From assembly GCA_015485665.1 (NCBI GenBank), contig WFTC01000015.1:1607-65606 (forward strand): DNA of 64,000 nt, written 5' to 3'. Positions 37,619 to 47,467 of this stretch are shown here, one piece after another. Positions within the stretch are counted from its first letter, which is position 1, and every line of letters begins with the position of its first letter. The position numbers and the translations under genes were made by a program. The notes beneath the pieces are model-generated. The model ran no database searches and was not told where the DNA came from. It worked only from the letters and a program-made list of their open reading frames with translations. This DNA is from Candidatus Altimarinota bacterium (GTDB lineage Bacteria > Patescibacteriota > Gracilibacteria > UBA1369 > 2-02-FULL-48-14).

Positions 37619-38710
37619 ATGCAAGAAATTAAAGAAAAGCTGCATCTTCTTCAAGAAGAAACGCAAAAATCAATTAAGCACCTTAATCTTCCTCAAAAAA
37701 AAGAAGCTTTGAAGTGCATGGAGGCGCAAATGACAAAAGAAGATTTTTGGAGTGATCAAGAAAAAGCACAGCAGCTCTCAAGAGAAGCGGGACATTTAAG
37801 AAACAGCATTGAGGCATGGGAAAAACTTGCGCATGACATTAAAGACCTTATGGAACTTACGGATATTATAGATCCGGCGGTGGACGCAAGCAGCTTCAAG
37901 CAGCTTCAAGCAGATGTGGAGGAAGCGGAAAATACGCACAATAAGCTCAATATAGAATTGTATATGACAGGACCTTACGATAAAAAAGATGCTATATTGT
38001 CCTTCCATGCCGGAACCGGTGGAACGGATGCGGCAGATTTTGCGGAAATGTTACTGAGAATGTATTTGCGTTATTGCGATAGCCGTGAATGGAAGACAAG
38101 TCGTTTGGATATGAACCCAGGGAGTGAAGCCGGCATAAAAAGTGCAAGCATAAAAGTGGAAGGAGCTTTCGCTTATGGATATTTAAAGCATGAAAACGGA
38201 GTACATCGTTTAGTTAGACTTTCCCCTTTTAACTCAGGAGGCACAAGAGAAACATCTTTTGCTTTGGTGGAAGTTGTGCCGGACATAGAAGAATCCGAGG
38301 TGGAAATAAAAGAAGAAGATGTTAAGTGGGATGTATTTAGAAGCGGAGGAGCAGGCGGACAGAGCGTAAACACCGCAGATTCAGCTGTACGTTTGACACA
38401 TCTACCCACATCTTTAGTTGTTACTTGTCAAAACGAACGAAGCCAGCTACAAAATAAACAACAAGCAATGAAGATTTTGAAAGCGAAGCTGATAGCTCTA
38501 CAAGAGAAGCATCATCTTGAGACAATCAATGAGATTCGGGGAGAGCATACAAGACACAGCTGGGGCAACCAAATCCGATCATATGTTTTACATCCTTATC
38601 AAATGGTAAAAGACCACCGTACAAATTATGAAAGCACACAAGTAGATGCGATTTTAGACGGAGCTTTGGATGAATTTATAGAGGCAAGCTTAAGAAAGCA
38701 ATCAAAATAA
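37619..38710 (+). CDS. prfB: peptide chain release factor 2 (single frame, no programmed frameshift)
   Basis: SPF tripeptide (RLSPFNS) and the GGQ motif (GGAGGQSVN). 363 aa in one continuous frame. Confidence 0.95.
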   Translation: MQEIKEKLHLLQEETQKSIKHLNLPQKKEALKCMEAQMTKEDFWSDQEKAQQLSREAGHLRNSIEAWEKLAHDIKDLMELTDIIDPAVDASSFKQLQADVEEAENTHNKLNIELYMTGPYDKKDAILSFHAGTGGTDAADFAEMLLRMYLRYCDSREWKTSRLDMNPGSEAGIKSASIKVEGAFAYGYLKHENGVHRLVRLSPFNSGGTRETSFALVEVVPDIEESEVEIKEEDVKWDVFRSGGAGGQSVNTADSAVRLTHLPTSLVVTCQNERSQLQNKQQAMKILKAKLIALQEKHHLETINEIRGEHTRHSWGNQIRSYVLHPYQMVKDHRTNYESTQVDAILDGALDEFIEASLRKQSK

Positions 38711-38719
38711 TTACAATTT

Positions 38720-39217
38720 ATGGGTATTAAAATAGAAACAGGACGAAAGAACAAAATTCTTCGCAAAGCATCTAAGCCAGTGGAGCGAATAAACAAAGAA
38801 ATTAAAAATTTCGCTCTTGATATGATCAAAGCAATGAAGGAAGAAAATGGTGTAGGCTTGGCAGCCCCGCAAGCCGGACGTAATATAAGAATGATAGTTT
38901 GCAGGTTTAATGTGAACACTGTAAATGAATTAATAATGGTCTTAATTAATCCTAAGATCATTGAACTTTCAAAAGAGCTTGAAATTGCGGAAGAAGGCTG
39001 TCTTTCCCTTCCGGGAGAATGGGGCATGGTGGAGCGAGCAAAGGGACTCTTGTTACAATTCACAGATCTTAAAGGTTCGGAAAGAGTTTTGGAATTTTTT
39101 GGCTTCAATGCACGTATAATTCAACATGAAATAGATCATCTTGACGGCGTGTTGTTTGTAGACAAAGCACATGAAATAACAAAGGAGACAAGTAAAGACA
39201 AAGTGGCACATATTTAA
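38720..39217 (+). CDS. def: peptide deformylase
   Basis: Motifs GVGLAAPQ, EGCLSLPG and HEIDHLDG. Confidence 0.95.
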   Translation: MGIKIETGRKNKILRKASKPVERINKEIKNFALDMIKAMKEENGVGLAAPQAGRNIRMIVCRFNVNTVNELIMVLINPKIIELSKELEIAEEGCLSLPGEWGMVERAKGLLLQFTDLKGSERVLEFFGFNARIIQHEIDHLDGVLFVDKAHEITKETSKDKVAHI

Positions 39218-39237
39218 TTGATGAAAGAGCCGTATTT

Positions 39238-40239
39238 TTAATGCAAATGTTTTGCCAAAACGTAAAGCTTACGATAAAAAGGTCTGAAAACCATTACTTG
39301 AGCCGGATGATACTCAAGACGCTTTCCGCCAAAGCGAGTTTTAAATTGAGTTACACCTTTCAATCTGTGATTTTCATCTGCAGTCGGTGCAATTCCGAAA
39401 AAATCATAAGATAAGCAACCACGCCTTTTGGCTTCTTTCATTGCCCACCATTGTAGAGCATAAGCCGCCTTGGCTTTTCTATGCATATTTGAAGATGCTC
39501 CAAAATAATAACGAGCTTGATTGCCAAAATAAGTAATAATGGCGCCGCCAATCACCTCCCCTTCAATATCGGTTAAAATAAGATCGGAATTGGACTTTAA
39601 ACTACTCAAAAAATTCTCATAATAAGATTCAGAATGAATTGAAAAGGCATCTCTCTTGGATGTTTCTTTGAGAATTTTATAAAAAGACGGCAAGTCATTA
39701 AGAGTGGCTTTTCGTACTTTCACACCTGCTTTATAAGCCTGTTTTATATTATAACGACCTCTTTGAGTCATTTGTTTTAAAATATCATTTTCATCCATTG
39801 AAAGATCAACAATCAGAGTATTGCGAGGTAAATAAGAGAAACTATCCCCTTTTGCATGTGCTATAAGAGGCAAAGAACGGGCAATACATGGCTCCATTCT
39901 AAGAAAGATATCGCCATGACGATTGGCAATACGTAGAATTTCTGCTTTAAGCAATCTCCATGCTTGCTTAGCATTTTCTCCTTCAGGCATCACTGGTCCA
40001 TTTGGGCACCACAACCAACTTTTCCCACAGTTTATTTTTTGGCGAATTATAAGCATTGAGGCTATTAATTCTGTTTTATTTTGATTAAACACACCAAGTG
40101 CATAAAAAGTACTTCGCCCAGGAATGCGGCTTTGCATCTCTCCCCACTCCAGAGATTGCTCCAAGGAGCCATAAGCATGCCCCTTGAGAAAATTTGCGAG
40201 TAGGGTGGCATCGTCGGCGGTAAGGAGGCGCAGATGCAT
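39238..40239 (-). CDS. FemAB-family peptidoglycan interpeptide-bridge aminoacyltransferase
   Basis: 333 aa with the paired GNAT-like layout. YYFGASSNMHRKAKAAYALQWWAMKEAKRRG.. is typical of the FemAB / lipid II:glycine glycyltransferase family. Confidence 0.75.
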   Translation of the reverse strand: MHLRLLTADDATLLANFLKGHAYGSLEQSLEWGEMQSRIPGRSTFYALGVFNQNKTELIASMLIIRQKINCGKSWLWCPNGPVMPEGENAKQAWRLLKAEILRIANRHGDIFLRMEPCIARSLPLIAHAKGDSFSYLPRNTLIVDLSMDENDILKQMTQRGRYNIKQAYKAGVKVRKATLNDLPSFYKILKETSKRDAFSIHSESYYENFLSSLKSNSDLILTDIEGEVIGGAIITYFGNQARYYFGASSNMHRKAKAAYALQWWAMKEAKRRGCLSYDFFGIAPTADENHRLKGVTQFKTRFGGKRLEYHPAQVMVFRPFYRKLYVLAKHLH

Positions 40240-40252
40240 GAAGCGATAAGAT

Positions 40253-41524
40253 TTATCTGTTCATTTTTTGTCGGATGAAAGCTGGGATGTCATATTCATT
40301 CCCAGTATCCTCCATGCTTGGCATTTGAGGCGTACTGGGTTTTTGGGGATTTGCAGTTCCGGATCGCAATTTAGCCGTAGGAGTGCTGGCAGATTTGCTT
40401 TTATTTTTAAATATATTGGAAGAAGGTTCCATACTTTTCTTTTGAACCGGACGAAAATCTCCTAAAGGACGAGCGATATTTACTCCTCGTTTATGATCAT
40501 CAAATCCGGTTGCCACAACCGTAACCTTGATTTCACCCGTGTAGGAATCATTAATTACACTACCAAAAATAATATTTGCCTCTGGATCCGCCGCTTCGGT
40601 AATGATGCGAGCTGCTTCATCAACTTCAAACATAGAAAGATCGCTGCCACCGGTAATATTGAAGAGTATTCCTTTTGCTCCTTGAATATCAATTTCAAGC
40701 AGAGGACTTTCAATAGCTGCACGAGCAGCTTCTTCCGCACGATTTTCACCGGCACCGTAACCAATGCCCATCAAGGCTGATCCGGCATTTTCCATAATTG
40801 TTTTTACATCGGCAAAATCCACATTAATCATGCCGTGTACGGTGATAAGATCGGAGATGCCTTGTACACCTTGTCTAAGTACATCATCAACAACTGTAAA
40901 AGCTTCCGTCAAAGGTGTTTTTTTATCAATGAGAGAAAGAATTTTGTCGTTTGGAATTACAATAAGCGTATCCACTTTGTTTTTCAGGTTTTCAAGCCCT
41001 TCTTCTGCTTGAGTTTTTCGCTTGTGTCCTTCAAAGCTGAAAGGCTTGGTTACAACACCAACCGTTAAAATTCCCATATCACGAGCAATTTCGGCAATAA
41101 CGGGAGAAGCTCCTGTTCCGGTTCCACCTCCAAGCCCACAAGTAATAAACAGCATTTCAGTGCCATCTATGGCTTGCTTGATTTCTTCTGTGGACTCTTC
41201 TGCAGCTTGCCGCCCTGCTTCAGGATTGCTACCCGCTCCAAGTCCGCGAGTGGTAGCCTTGCCAATGTTTATTTTACTTCCGGCTTCACTGTGATACAAG
41301 GCTTGAGCATCAGTATTGACCGCAATAAAGTCTATACCTTTTATATTGGAACGTATCATGCGGTTAAGAGCGTTTCCGCCACCGCCACCGACACCGATCA
41401 CTTTTATACGTGCCACCGGAGTTACATCCGGAATAACCTCCATATTTCGTTTTTTGTTTGAGCCCGTAGATGCGAAGAGGTTTTTAAGTGCGTCATCTTG
41501 AGCTTTTTTTTCGTCGCTTGCCAT
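40253..41524 (-). CDS. ftsZ: cell division GTPase FtsZ
   Basis: [13 protein letters not shown], tubulin signature [13 protein letters not shown], and the C-terminal peptide DIPAFIRQK. Confidence 0.97.
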   Translation of the reverse strand: MASDEKKAQDDALKNLFASTGSNKKRNMEVIPDVTPVARIKVIGVGGGGGNALNRMIRSNIKGIDFIAVNTDAQALYHSEAGSKINIGKATTRGLGAGSNPEAGRQAAEESTEEIKQAIDGTEMLFITCGLGGGTGTGASPVIAEIARDMGILTVGVVTKPFSFEGHKRKTQAEEGLENLKNKVDTLIVIPNDKILSLIDKKTPLTEAFTVVDDVLRQGVQGISDLITVHGMINVDFADVKTIMENAGSALMGIGYGAGENRAEEAARAAIESPLLEIDIQGAKGILFNITGGSDLSMFEVDEAARIITEAADPEANIIFGSVINDSYTGEIKVTVVATGFDDHKRGVNIARPLGDFRPVQKKSMEPSSNIFKNKSKSASTPTAKLRSGTANPQKPSTPQMPSMEDTGNEYDIPAFIRQKMNR

Positions 41525-41551
41525 AGATATTGGGTTAAGAGGAAAGAGTGG

Positions 41552-42796
41552 TTATGGAAGCAGTCCCCGAAGCCAGTTTTTAACTCCTTGAGACATTTTA
41601 TCAAATGAAATGTTTTTCAGATCAATCTTGAGTTTGTAGCTATCACCTTGAAAACGAGAACCCCAAATAACAAGACCGATTACGCTGGCGTAAGAAGGAT
41701 CTTCAATTTTATCCACCACACCTTCGTAATTTCCGGGAAAACCGATTTGAACGGGAAGGTTTAAAATTTCACGAGCCAAATCCAGAACACCGGGCATTTT
41801 CATGGCTGCACCTGTCAAAATGGCGCCCGCAGGGAGCATGCCGTCTCTTTGGACTTTTGCCAGTTCATCTTTAACCATAAGGAATATTTCATGATATCTG
41901 GCTTGAATAATTTCAGCCAAATGTTTTTTTGAAACGGTTGCGGTATCTATTTTGGAAATCAAAGATAAGTCTATTGTTTCCCTGTCATGCACATCTTCAG
42001 GCAGACAAGAGCCGTATTCAATTTTGATTTTTTCAGCCGTATCAATAGAAGTGCGAAGTCCGATTGCAATGTCGTTTGTTACATTTTCACCCCCAATGGG
42101 CAAAGAAGCGCTGTGCAGTACGGTTCCCTCTTCAAAAACAGATACATTGCTGCCGCCGCAGCCAACATCAATCACCACAACTCCCAACTCTTTTTGCCGT
42201 TTTGTAAGCACAGCTTCAGCGGATGCAAGTCCGTTTGGAATGATGTCGTTAATATCCACACCAGCCTGATGCACACATTTTTCCACATTTTTTACGGCAG
42301 GCACCAGACCTGTAACCAAATGAGCCAGAACCTCAAGCCGAATGCCTGTCATGCCTACGGGGTATTTGATGCCACTTTGCTCATCTACAGTAAAATATTT
42401 TGGAATAATACGTAAAATACGCCTGTTATTCGGAATGCTTACAGCTTGAGCAGCCTCCAAAACACGATCCACATCATCTTCAATAATTTCATTACCGCTA
42501 TGAGAAATAGCAATTACGCCTTTACTGTCTTGAGCTGCAATATGATCTCCACTAATCCCAAGAAAAACATGATGAACAGGCTCTCCCGCCATACGTTCGG
42601 CATCTTCCAGAGCGGAGGAAATATTCGCAACAGTCTCTTCAACATCTATAATATTACCCTTACGCAGCCCTCCGGAAGGAGAAACCCCCACGCCGATAAC
42701 ATTGGGAAGATGATTGTCTTCTTCCAGCACCGCCACAGCAACACGGATTTTTGAGTTCCCTACGTCCAGTCCAGCAATCACTCTATGTTTCGCCAT
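41552..42796 (-). CDS. ftsA: cell division protein FtsA
   Basis: Actin-fold start GLDVGNSKIRV, DVGCGGSNVSVF, 414 aa, located directly upstream of ftsZ. Confidence 0.95.
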   Translation of the reverse strand: MAKHRVIAGLDVGNSKIRVAVAVLEEDNHLPNVIGVGVSPSGGLRKGNIIDVEETVANISSALEDAERMAGEPVHHVFLGISGDHIAAQDSKGVIAISHSGNEIIEDDVDRVLEAAQAVSIPNNRRILRIIPKYFTVDEQSGIKYPVGMTGIRLEVLAHLVTGLVPAVKNVEKCVHQAGVDINDIIPNGLASAEAVLTKRQKELGVVVIDVGCGGSNVSVFEEGTVLHSASLPIGGENVTNDIAIGLRTSIDTAEKIKIEYGSCLPEDVHDRETIDLSLISKIDTATVSKKHLAEIIQARYHEIFLMVKDELAKVQRDGMLPAGAILTGAAMKMPGVLDLAREILNLPVQIGFPGNYEGVVDKIEDPSYASVIGLVIWGSRFQGDSYKLKIDLKNISFDKMSQGVKNWLRGLLP

Positions 42797-43100
42797 TAAT
42801 AGCAGCAGTTAAGTATGTAGTCTCGACTCTAACTCAATAAAAGTCTGATGACAAGGGCAATAAACCCAAAAAAAGGCTTAAATAAGCCAATAAATAAAGC
42901 ATGAATAAAAAATGTATACATCTGTAACAGCTTGAACAAGCCCATTATCCATAAAATTCCAACAGGTTATTTTAAGCTTGCTAAAGAAAAAAAATATGGA
43001 AAAAGAATGGCTTGGCTACAAAGAGTTTAAAGTAAAGATATCGTACATCACAATAAGCGAACAAATATTTTATTCATATTTTTCAGCTGCCTTGTCTGAC

Positions 43101-44027
43101 CTAAAATAAACTGGCTTGTTTTTCCAAAAGATTTAGTTTTTTCCAATTATGATTTAAGGCCTCCACACGTCTTAAATGTTGATTAAAAGCCAATTTTGCA
43201 AAAATCATGCGTACCCTTTGAATATCAAAAGAGTGAGTTTTACAGCTGTCTATGTTGAAGTTCAGTTGAGGGTCATGTCGTAAAATCGTAGCGACTTTAC
43301 GACTTGTAAAAGCTTCTTCACGGTAAGTTTTCAGCTTTTCACGCAGAGAAAGTCTTTTTACTTCATTCAGCCTTTCATAAATATCTTCCAGATGATCAAA
43401 TTGTTCCAGCAAGGATACTGCGGTTTTTTTGCCTATGCCGGGGACACCTTTAATATTGTCGCTACTGTCACCGCACAGTCCTTTATAGTCAGGAACTTGT
43501 TCCGGCCACACGCCCAGCTTTTCCTTAACCGCAGTGCGATCATAACGTTTTACTTTTTTATAGCCGCGTATAGGGCTGACCACCATGGTATTTCCCCCAA
43601 CCAATTGCAAGGCATCTTGGTCACTTGTGACTATCAAAGTTGAAATTTCTTTATGATTTTTTTCCAAAATTCTGGACACAATACCCAGATAATCATCGGC
43701 TTCCAGACCGGATTTTTTGAACATTGGAATGGAAAGAGAGTCCAGTACGGCATAAACCAAAGGAAATTGAGCAATTAGTTCATCGTCCGTTTTTGTACGT
43801 GTACCTTTGTAACCTTCCATTAACTCGTCACGAAATGTGGGACCTTTCATATCCCAAGCTGTAGCGATGTAGTAGGGATTTTCATTTTCCAAAATGCCAA
43901 GCAAAATACCTGTAAAGCCATAAACGGCATTACTTAAAATCCCGGACGGGGATCTTAAGGTTTTGGGAATTGCGTGATAAGAACGATGAATAAGAGCGTT
44001 CCCGTCAATAATAACAAATTTTTTCAT
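43101..44027 (-). CDS. 5'-3' exonuclease (Pol I N-terminal/FEN-like, stand-alone)
   Basis: MKKFVIIDGNALIHRSYHA start, an acidic cluster (TSDQDALQL, GDSSDNIKGVPGIGKKTA) and an H3TH motif. There is no polymerase domain. Confidence 0.9.
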   Translation of the reverse strand: MKKFVIIDGNALIHRSYHAIPKTLRSPSGILSNAVYGFTGILLGILENENPYYIATAWDMKGPTFRDELMEGYKGTRTKTDDELIAQFPLVYAVLDSLSIPMFKKSGLEADDYLGIVSRILEKNHKEISTLIVTSDQDALQLVGGNTMVVSPIRGYKKVKRYDRTAVKEKLGVWPEQVPDYKGLCGDSSDNIKGVPGIGKKTAVSLLEQFDHLEDIYERLNEVKRLSLREKLKTYREEAFTSRKVATILRHDPQLNFNIDSCKTHSFDIQRVRMIFAKLAFNQHLRRVEALNHNWKKLNLLEKQASLF

Positions 44028-44187
44028 ATATTCAGTTTAAATGAGTAGAGAGAGAAGATCCACTCAATGAAATATGCAAGTCCAAAAACTTCACAACATT
44101 ATAGGATTTCTGCCAAGGTGTCCACTATGGTAATCAGAGGAAACTTCTGCTATAATGATGCAATAAACTTTGAGAGCCAAGACGGCA

Positions 44188-44652
44188 ATGGTTAAAACAA
44201 AAAAACAAATCAAACTTAAATTACGCATACCAAACGTGATTCTGGATGCACGAAATGCAAAACCGGATTTGCTGCAAGAATTGGCGAAAGGCCTTGAAAA
44301 TTTGGATGCGCATATTCGTTTATTGGGACATAAATCAAAACAAATCAATTTGAAAAGTGTTTTTTCTGTTGAAGAAGCCCTTGAAGAAGCTCATATTTGG
44401 GTGATTTTGGGAGACAAAAAACCTATTGAGTTCAACATGCTCACCGAGCGAGGAATTGTGCCGGTGGCACATTGCGATCTAGATTCCAAACTGCAAGATT
44501 ATAATGCTCCGGCGGAAGAGGGAAATGCATTTTTGTTTTCTAAAACAAATGCATGGTCTGTTTATGGAAGCGTGGTTCGTGCGCTTGAAAATTTCAACTT
44601 TTCCTATGATTGGAAAAATTTATGTAGCGAAGTGAAGTCTTTGACAAATTGA
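44188..44652 (+). CDS. hypothetical protein resembling only the C-terminal half of a GT-B glycosyltransferase (GlgA-like)
   Basis: The stretch RGIVPVAH...LQDYNAPAEEGNAFLF...NAWSVYGSVVRALENF...W recalls the glycogen-synthase C-terminal region. The EPCGL-type loop and the whole N-terminal half are absent. Confidence 0.3.
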   Translation: MVKTKKQIKLKLRIPNVILDARNAKPDLLQELAKGLENLDAHIRLLGHKSKQINLKSVFSVEEALEEAHIWVILGDKKPIEFNMLTERGIVPVAHCDLDSKLQDYNAPAEEGNAFLFSKTNAWSVYGSVVRALENFNFSYDWKNLCSEVKSLTN

Positions 44653-45045
44653 TTATTCCAAAGCATTTCCTCCATTTGTTACGTTGCCGGTGCTGCTGAC
44701 AAGCTCTTCAACAAGATTGAAAATCTCACCAAGATTAATGTATTGAACCACATTCAGCCCCAATGCATTTCCTACAAGTGCCACAATCACTACGGAAAAA
44801 ATGGTTACGATCAAGCCTATGATCGCATAACGAATGGTACTTACGGCTTGCTTGATTTTATCTTCTTGTCCACCTGAAAGTATGAAAGATATACCCCCGA
44901 AAAAAGTAAAAACAACGCTTAAAAAGCCTGCCAGAATAATTGCATAAGCAATAGCCCGGTTGATGATTTCAATTGCATCGTAATTCTGTGCAACATCAAG
45001 CACGGAATCGGTGCTGAGACTGGCGATCAAGAGTGGAAAATCCAT
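44653..45045 (-). CDS. small two-TM protein, TrbC/VirB2-type (T4SS-pilin-like) family common in CPR genomes
   Basis: AIILAGFLSVVFTFFGGISFILSGGQEDKIKQAVSTIRYAIIGLIVTIF matches the helix / GG..SGG..K loop / helix pattern of T4SS pilin-like proteins. Confidence 0.5.
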   Translation of the reverse strand: MDFPLLIASLSTDSVLDVAQNYDAIEIINRAIAYAIILAGFLSVVFTFFGGISFILSGGQEDKIKQAVSTIRYAIIGLIVTIFSVVIVALVGNALGLNVVQYINLGEIFNLVEELVSSTGNVTNGGNALE

Positions 45046-45057
45046 AGTGACGTGAGT

Positions 45058-45333
45058 CTACAGCATGTTTCCTTCAGGCTCAATGATTTTGAGATTATAT
45101 CTGGCATCATTTTTTGCCCCCATCATTCTGAGCAGTACACGGAGCGATTTTGCGGTTTGTCCGTTTCTTCCGATAATTTTACCCATATCGTCTTTCGCTA
45201 CTTTTAAAGTAATTAGCACACCAAGATCATCAACACTTTGGCTAACCTCAACTTCATCGCTTTTGTCAACAATGGCTTTAACGATAAATTCAATAAAATC
45301 TCTGGCGGGGTTTTGTGTTGGATCAACAGTCAT
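45058..45333 (-). CDS. KH-domain RNA-binding protein (YlqC/UPF0109 family)
   Basis: GKIIGRNGQTAKSLR (GxxG KH motif), 91 aa, in the conserved position downstream of rpsP. Confidence 0.85.
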   Translation of the reverse strand: MTVDPTQNPARDFIEFIVKAIVDKSDEVEVSQSVDDLGVLITLKVAKDDMGKIIGRNGQTAKSLRVLLRMMGAKNDARYNLKIIEPEGNML

Positions 45334-45364
45334 GGCAATTCGTTAAATTATTGACATTAATATA

Positions 45365-45748
45365 CTAGGAAGAAGTTTCTTCATCAGCGGAATTTTCTTC
45401 CGCGCTTTTGTCTTCTGTGGGGGCATTTGCGGCTTCCATTGCCGCCAGCTCTTCTTCAGATGGATTTTTAACCGGTCGTTTTTTATTTCTGGGCTTCATG
45501 TATTTTTCCATATCTTTCATTCCATTAAACTTCAAAAGACCGGCTACGGTATCTGAAGGTTGAGCACCTACGGAAATCCAATAGTCAATGCGATCTTTTT
45601 TGAATGTGATTTTTTTCCCTTCGGAAGGATTATAAGAACCCACCACTTCAATATGTTTTTTCTTAACAGGACGGCTTTTTTCAGCCACAACCATTCTGTA
45701 AGAGGGTTGATTTTTTCGTCCGGTACGTTGCAGGCGAATTACGAGCAC
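45365..45748 (-). CDS. rpsP: 30S ribosomal protein S16 (with acidic C-terminal extension)
   Basis: MLVIRLQRTGRKNQPSYRMVVAE start with a GTG start codon. About 40 extra Ala/Glu-rich residues at the C-terminus. Confidence 0.95.
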   Translation of the reverse strand: MLVIRLQRTGRKNQPSYRMVVAEKSRPVKKKHIEVVGSYNPSEGKKITFKKDRIDYWISVGAQPSDTVAGLLKFNGMKDMEKYMKPRNKKRPVKNPSEEELAAMEAANAPTEDKSAEENSADEETSS

Positions 45749-45820
45749 TTCTGGTATAGGTTAAATTTGCTTACAGATTCTAGTGTGTAATTGTGCAATG
45801 TCAAGTAAAAAGAAAACTTA

Positions 45821-46129
45821 TTAGTCGGAGTCAACTTGAGTTCTAATGTCATGTACCCATTCTTTTTCAAGTTGAAGGTTCAATTTCATTATAAGATCAT
45901 GTCTATGTACAAATACATGTTGAGCCCAAAGACTATTTGGAACACTTATATATAAGATACCACGCTTGAAATACTTTGGCTTTATGTACTTTAGAATATC
46001 TTCTCCCATTATGGAAGGTGCAAGTTTTCTAAATCGCTTACAAATCAAAGCAGCTCGTGCCTGCCTAGAAAGGTTATATCTGACTATGGCTTTAGGTATC
46101 CATCTGCTGAAATGTTGAAAATCACTCAT
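45821..46129 (-). CDS. DUF721 / DciA-like protein (putative replicative helicase loader family)
   Basis: 102 aa. The pattern G.DILKYIKPKYFKRGILYISVPNSLWAQHVFVHRHDLIMKLN matches the DUF721 consensus as I recall it (..p..f.dG.L.v.v.ssaWaqeL......i...l). Confidence 0.5.
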   Translation of the reverse strand: MSDFQHFSRWIPKAIVRYNLSRQARAALICKRFRKLAPSIMGEDILKYIKPKYFKRGILYISVPNSLWAQHVFVHRHDLIMKLNLQLEKEWVHDIRTQVDSD

Positions 46130-47256
46130 GAGCTCATCTTATGCGTCTCAGCATAAAGCATCAAGGTTTCCTCAGCCATTTTCAGCCAACTGAATTTTCT
46201 GCTGTGTCGCAGTCCGCGAGCTCGCAGTTCTTGTCGTAATTCTTCATTGAGCAATACTTTTCTGATGGCATTGGCGATATCTTCCGGATCCAAAGGGTCA
46301 AAAAACAGCGCATTTTCTTCCCCGCAAATTTCCGGAATGCAAGAGTTGCTGGATGCCACAACGGGCGTTCCGCAACGCATCGCCTCCAAAGGTGGCAAGC
46401 CAAAGCCTTCGTATAAAGAGGGGAAAGCATACAGATAGGCAGCTTGATACAAGGCAACCAATTCATCCTCTGGCACCAAACCGGGGAAAATCACGTCATG
46501 CTCCAGCCCCAACTCTCTTACGCTACGCCTAACCTCAGGATAATGAGGATCTTCTTCACCTGTTATAACAAGCTGAGGACTAAATTCGTCAGCCGTTTTT
46601 AGCAGAGCAAAAGCTTTAATTAAATTCACTACATTTTTATGGCTACGCCAAACTCCGGTATAAAGTATATATTCTCTGGTGATACCATATTTTCTGATAA
46701 GATTTTTGATAGCACTTTTATCAGGTCTTGGCTTGAATTGCTCGTCAACACCTTCATAAATCACTTTTATTTTTGAGGGGTCTGCGCCCGTAATCTCAAT
46801 CAAATCTTTTTTTGTATGCTCTGAAACTGCAATAATCTTTCCGGCATGTTTAACTGAGCGCTTTAATACCAGCTGATAAGCCTTTCTATGCTTCCATGAA
46901 TTCATTTTTTTGCCCGGAAAAAAAGAAAGAGTTAAATCATGAATGGTTACAATACTTTTACCTCGGTAAAATATGGGTGCGTTGAAGTGGGTGAAGTGCA
47001 TGAGATCCAATTTTTCCCCATATAACTTGTACAAATAACGAGTTTGCTCTGCAAATGAATAGTGCCTTGCATTGACCAAGACCTTGCTTATGCGTTTGCT
47101 GCGTGGCTTGTAATCATCATACTCCGGTCGGTTCATAAATAAGACATACTCATTTGTTTTATCTATTGCAGTTAGTTGCCTTACAAGTTCAAAAACATAA
47201 CGACCTATGCCTGTAAAACTTGTACTGTACATTCGCGCATCAATTCCAATTCTCAT
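46126..47256 (-). CDS. glycosyltransferase family 4 (GT-B, group 1)
   Basis: C-terminal EGFGLPPLEAMRCGTPVVAS motif, 376 aa, and a 4-nt overlap with the DUF721 gene. Confidence 0.85.
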   Translation of the reverse strand: MRIGIDARMYSTSFTGIGRYVFELVRQLTAIDKTNEYVLFMNRPEYDDYKPRSKRISKVLVNARHYSFAEQTRYLYKLYGEKLDLMHFTHFNAPIFYRGKSIVTIHDLTLSFFPGKKMNSWKHRKAYQLVLKRSVKHAGKIIAVSEHTKKDLIEITGADPSKIKVIYEGVDEQFKPRPDKSAIKNLIRKYGITREYILYTGVWRSHKNVVNLIKAFALLKTADEFSPQLVITGEEDPHYPEVRRSVRELGLEHDVIFPGLVPEDELVALYQAAYLYAFPSLYEGFGLPPLEAMRCGTPVVASSNSCIPEICGEENALFFDPLDPEDIANAIRKVLLNEELRQELRARGLRHSRKFSWLKMAEETLMLYAETHKMSS

Positions 47257-47375
47257 AGCTTAATATTAATACCGGCGCAGCATAGCATAAAAGCATTGCA
47301 CTGAGGCAAGCCTTTTGCTAAAGTTGCAACCGCTTCCCGTTTGAAGCTTTGGCTCTGATACGTGGAGGTAAATGC

Positions 47376-47452
47376 GGAGTAGTAGCTCAGTTGGTTAGAG
47401 CGCCTGCCTGTCACGCAGGAGGTCGCGGGTTCGAGTCCCGTCTATTCCGCCA
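47376..47452 (+). tRNA. tRNA-Asp (GTC), CCA encoded
   Basis: Acceptor stem GGAGTAG/CTATTCC, D-arm AGCTCAGTTGGTTAGAGC, anticodon loop CTGTCAC (GTC at 47410-47412), T-arm GCGGGTTCGAGTCCCGT, then G-CCA. Confidence 0.95.
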
Positions 47453-47467
47453 TTTTGGCATAAAAAC

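Noticed and set aside
37891-37913. 10-bp direct duplication cagcttcaag x2 inside prfB, considered as a possible frameshift or slippage site
   Set aside because: The reading frame is continuous through it and encodes ...SSFKQLQAD... in a variable linker. There is no stop or shift.
38626-39108. Minus-strand 160-aa ORF
   Set aside because: It is antisense to the prfB 3' end and def, which have GGQ and HEIDH motifs on the plus strand.
42797-43100. 304-nt spacer upstream of ftsA, examined for a missing ftsQ or a small gene
   Set aside because: It contains only very short ORFs (up to 38 codons) without motifs. It is most simply a promoter/leader region. The GGCTTA-AA-TAAGCC palindrome noted there is too small to interpret.
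45365-45748. C-terminal Ala/Glu-rich extension of ribosomal protein S16
   Set aside because: Low-complexity tails on ribosomal proteins are common lineage-specific features. It is not evidence of a fusion or a new function.
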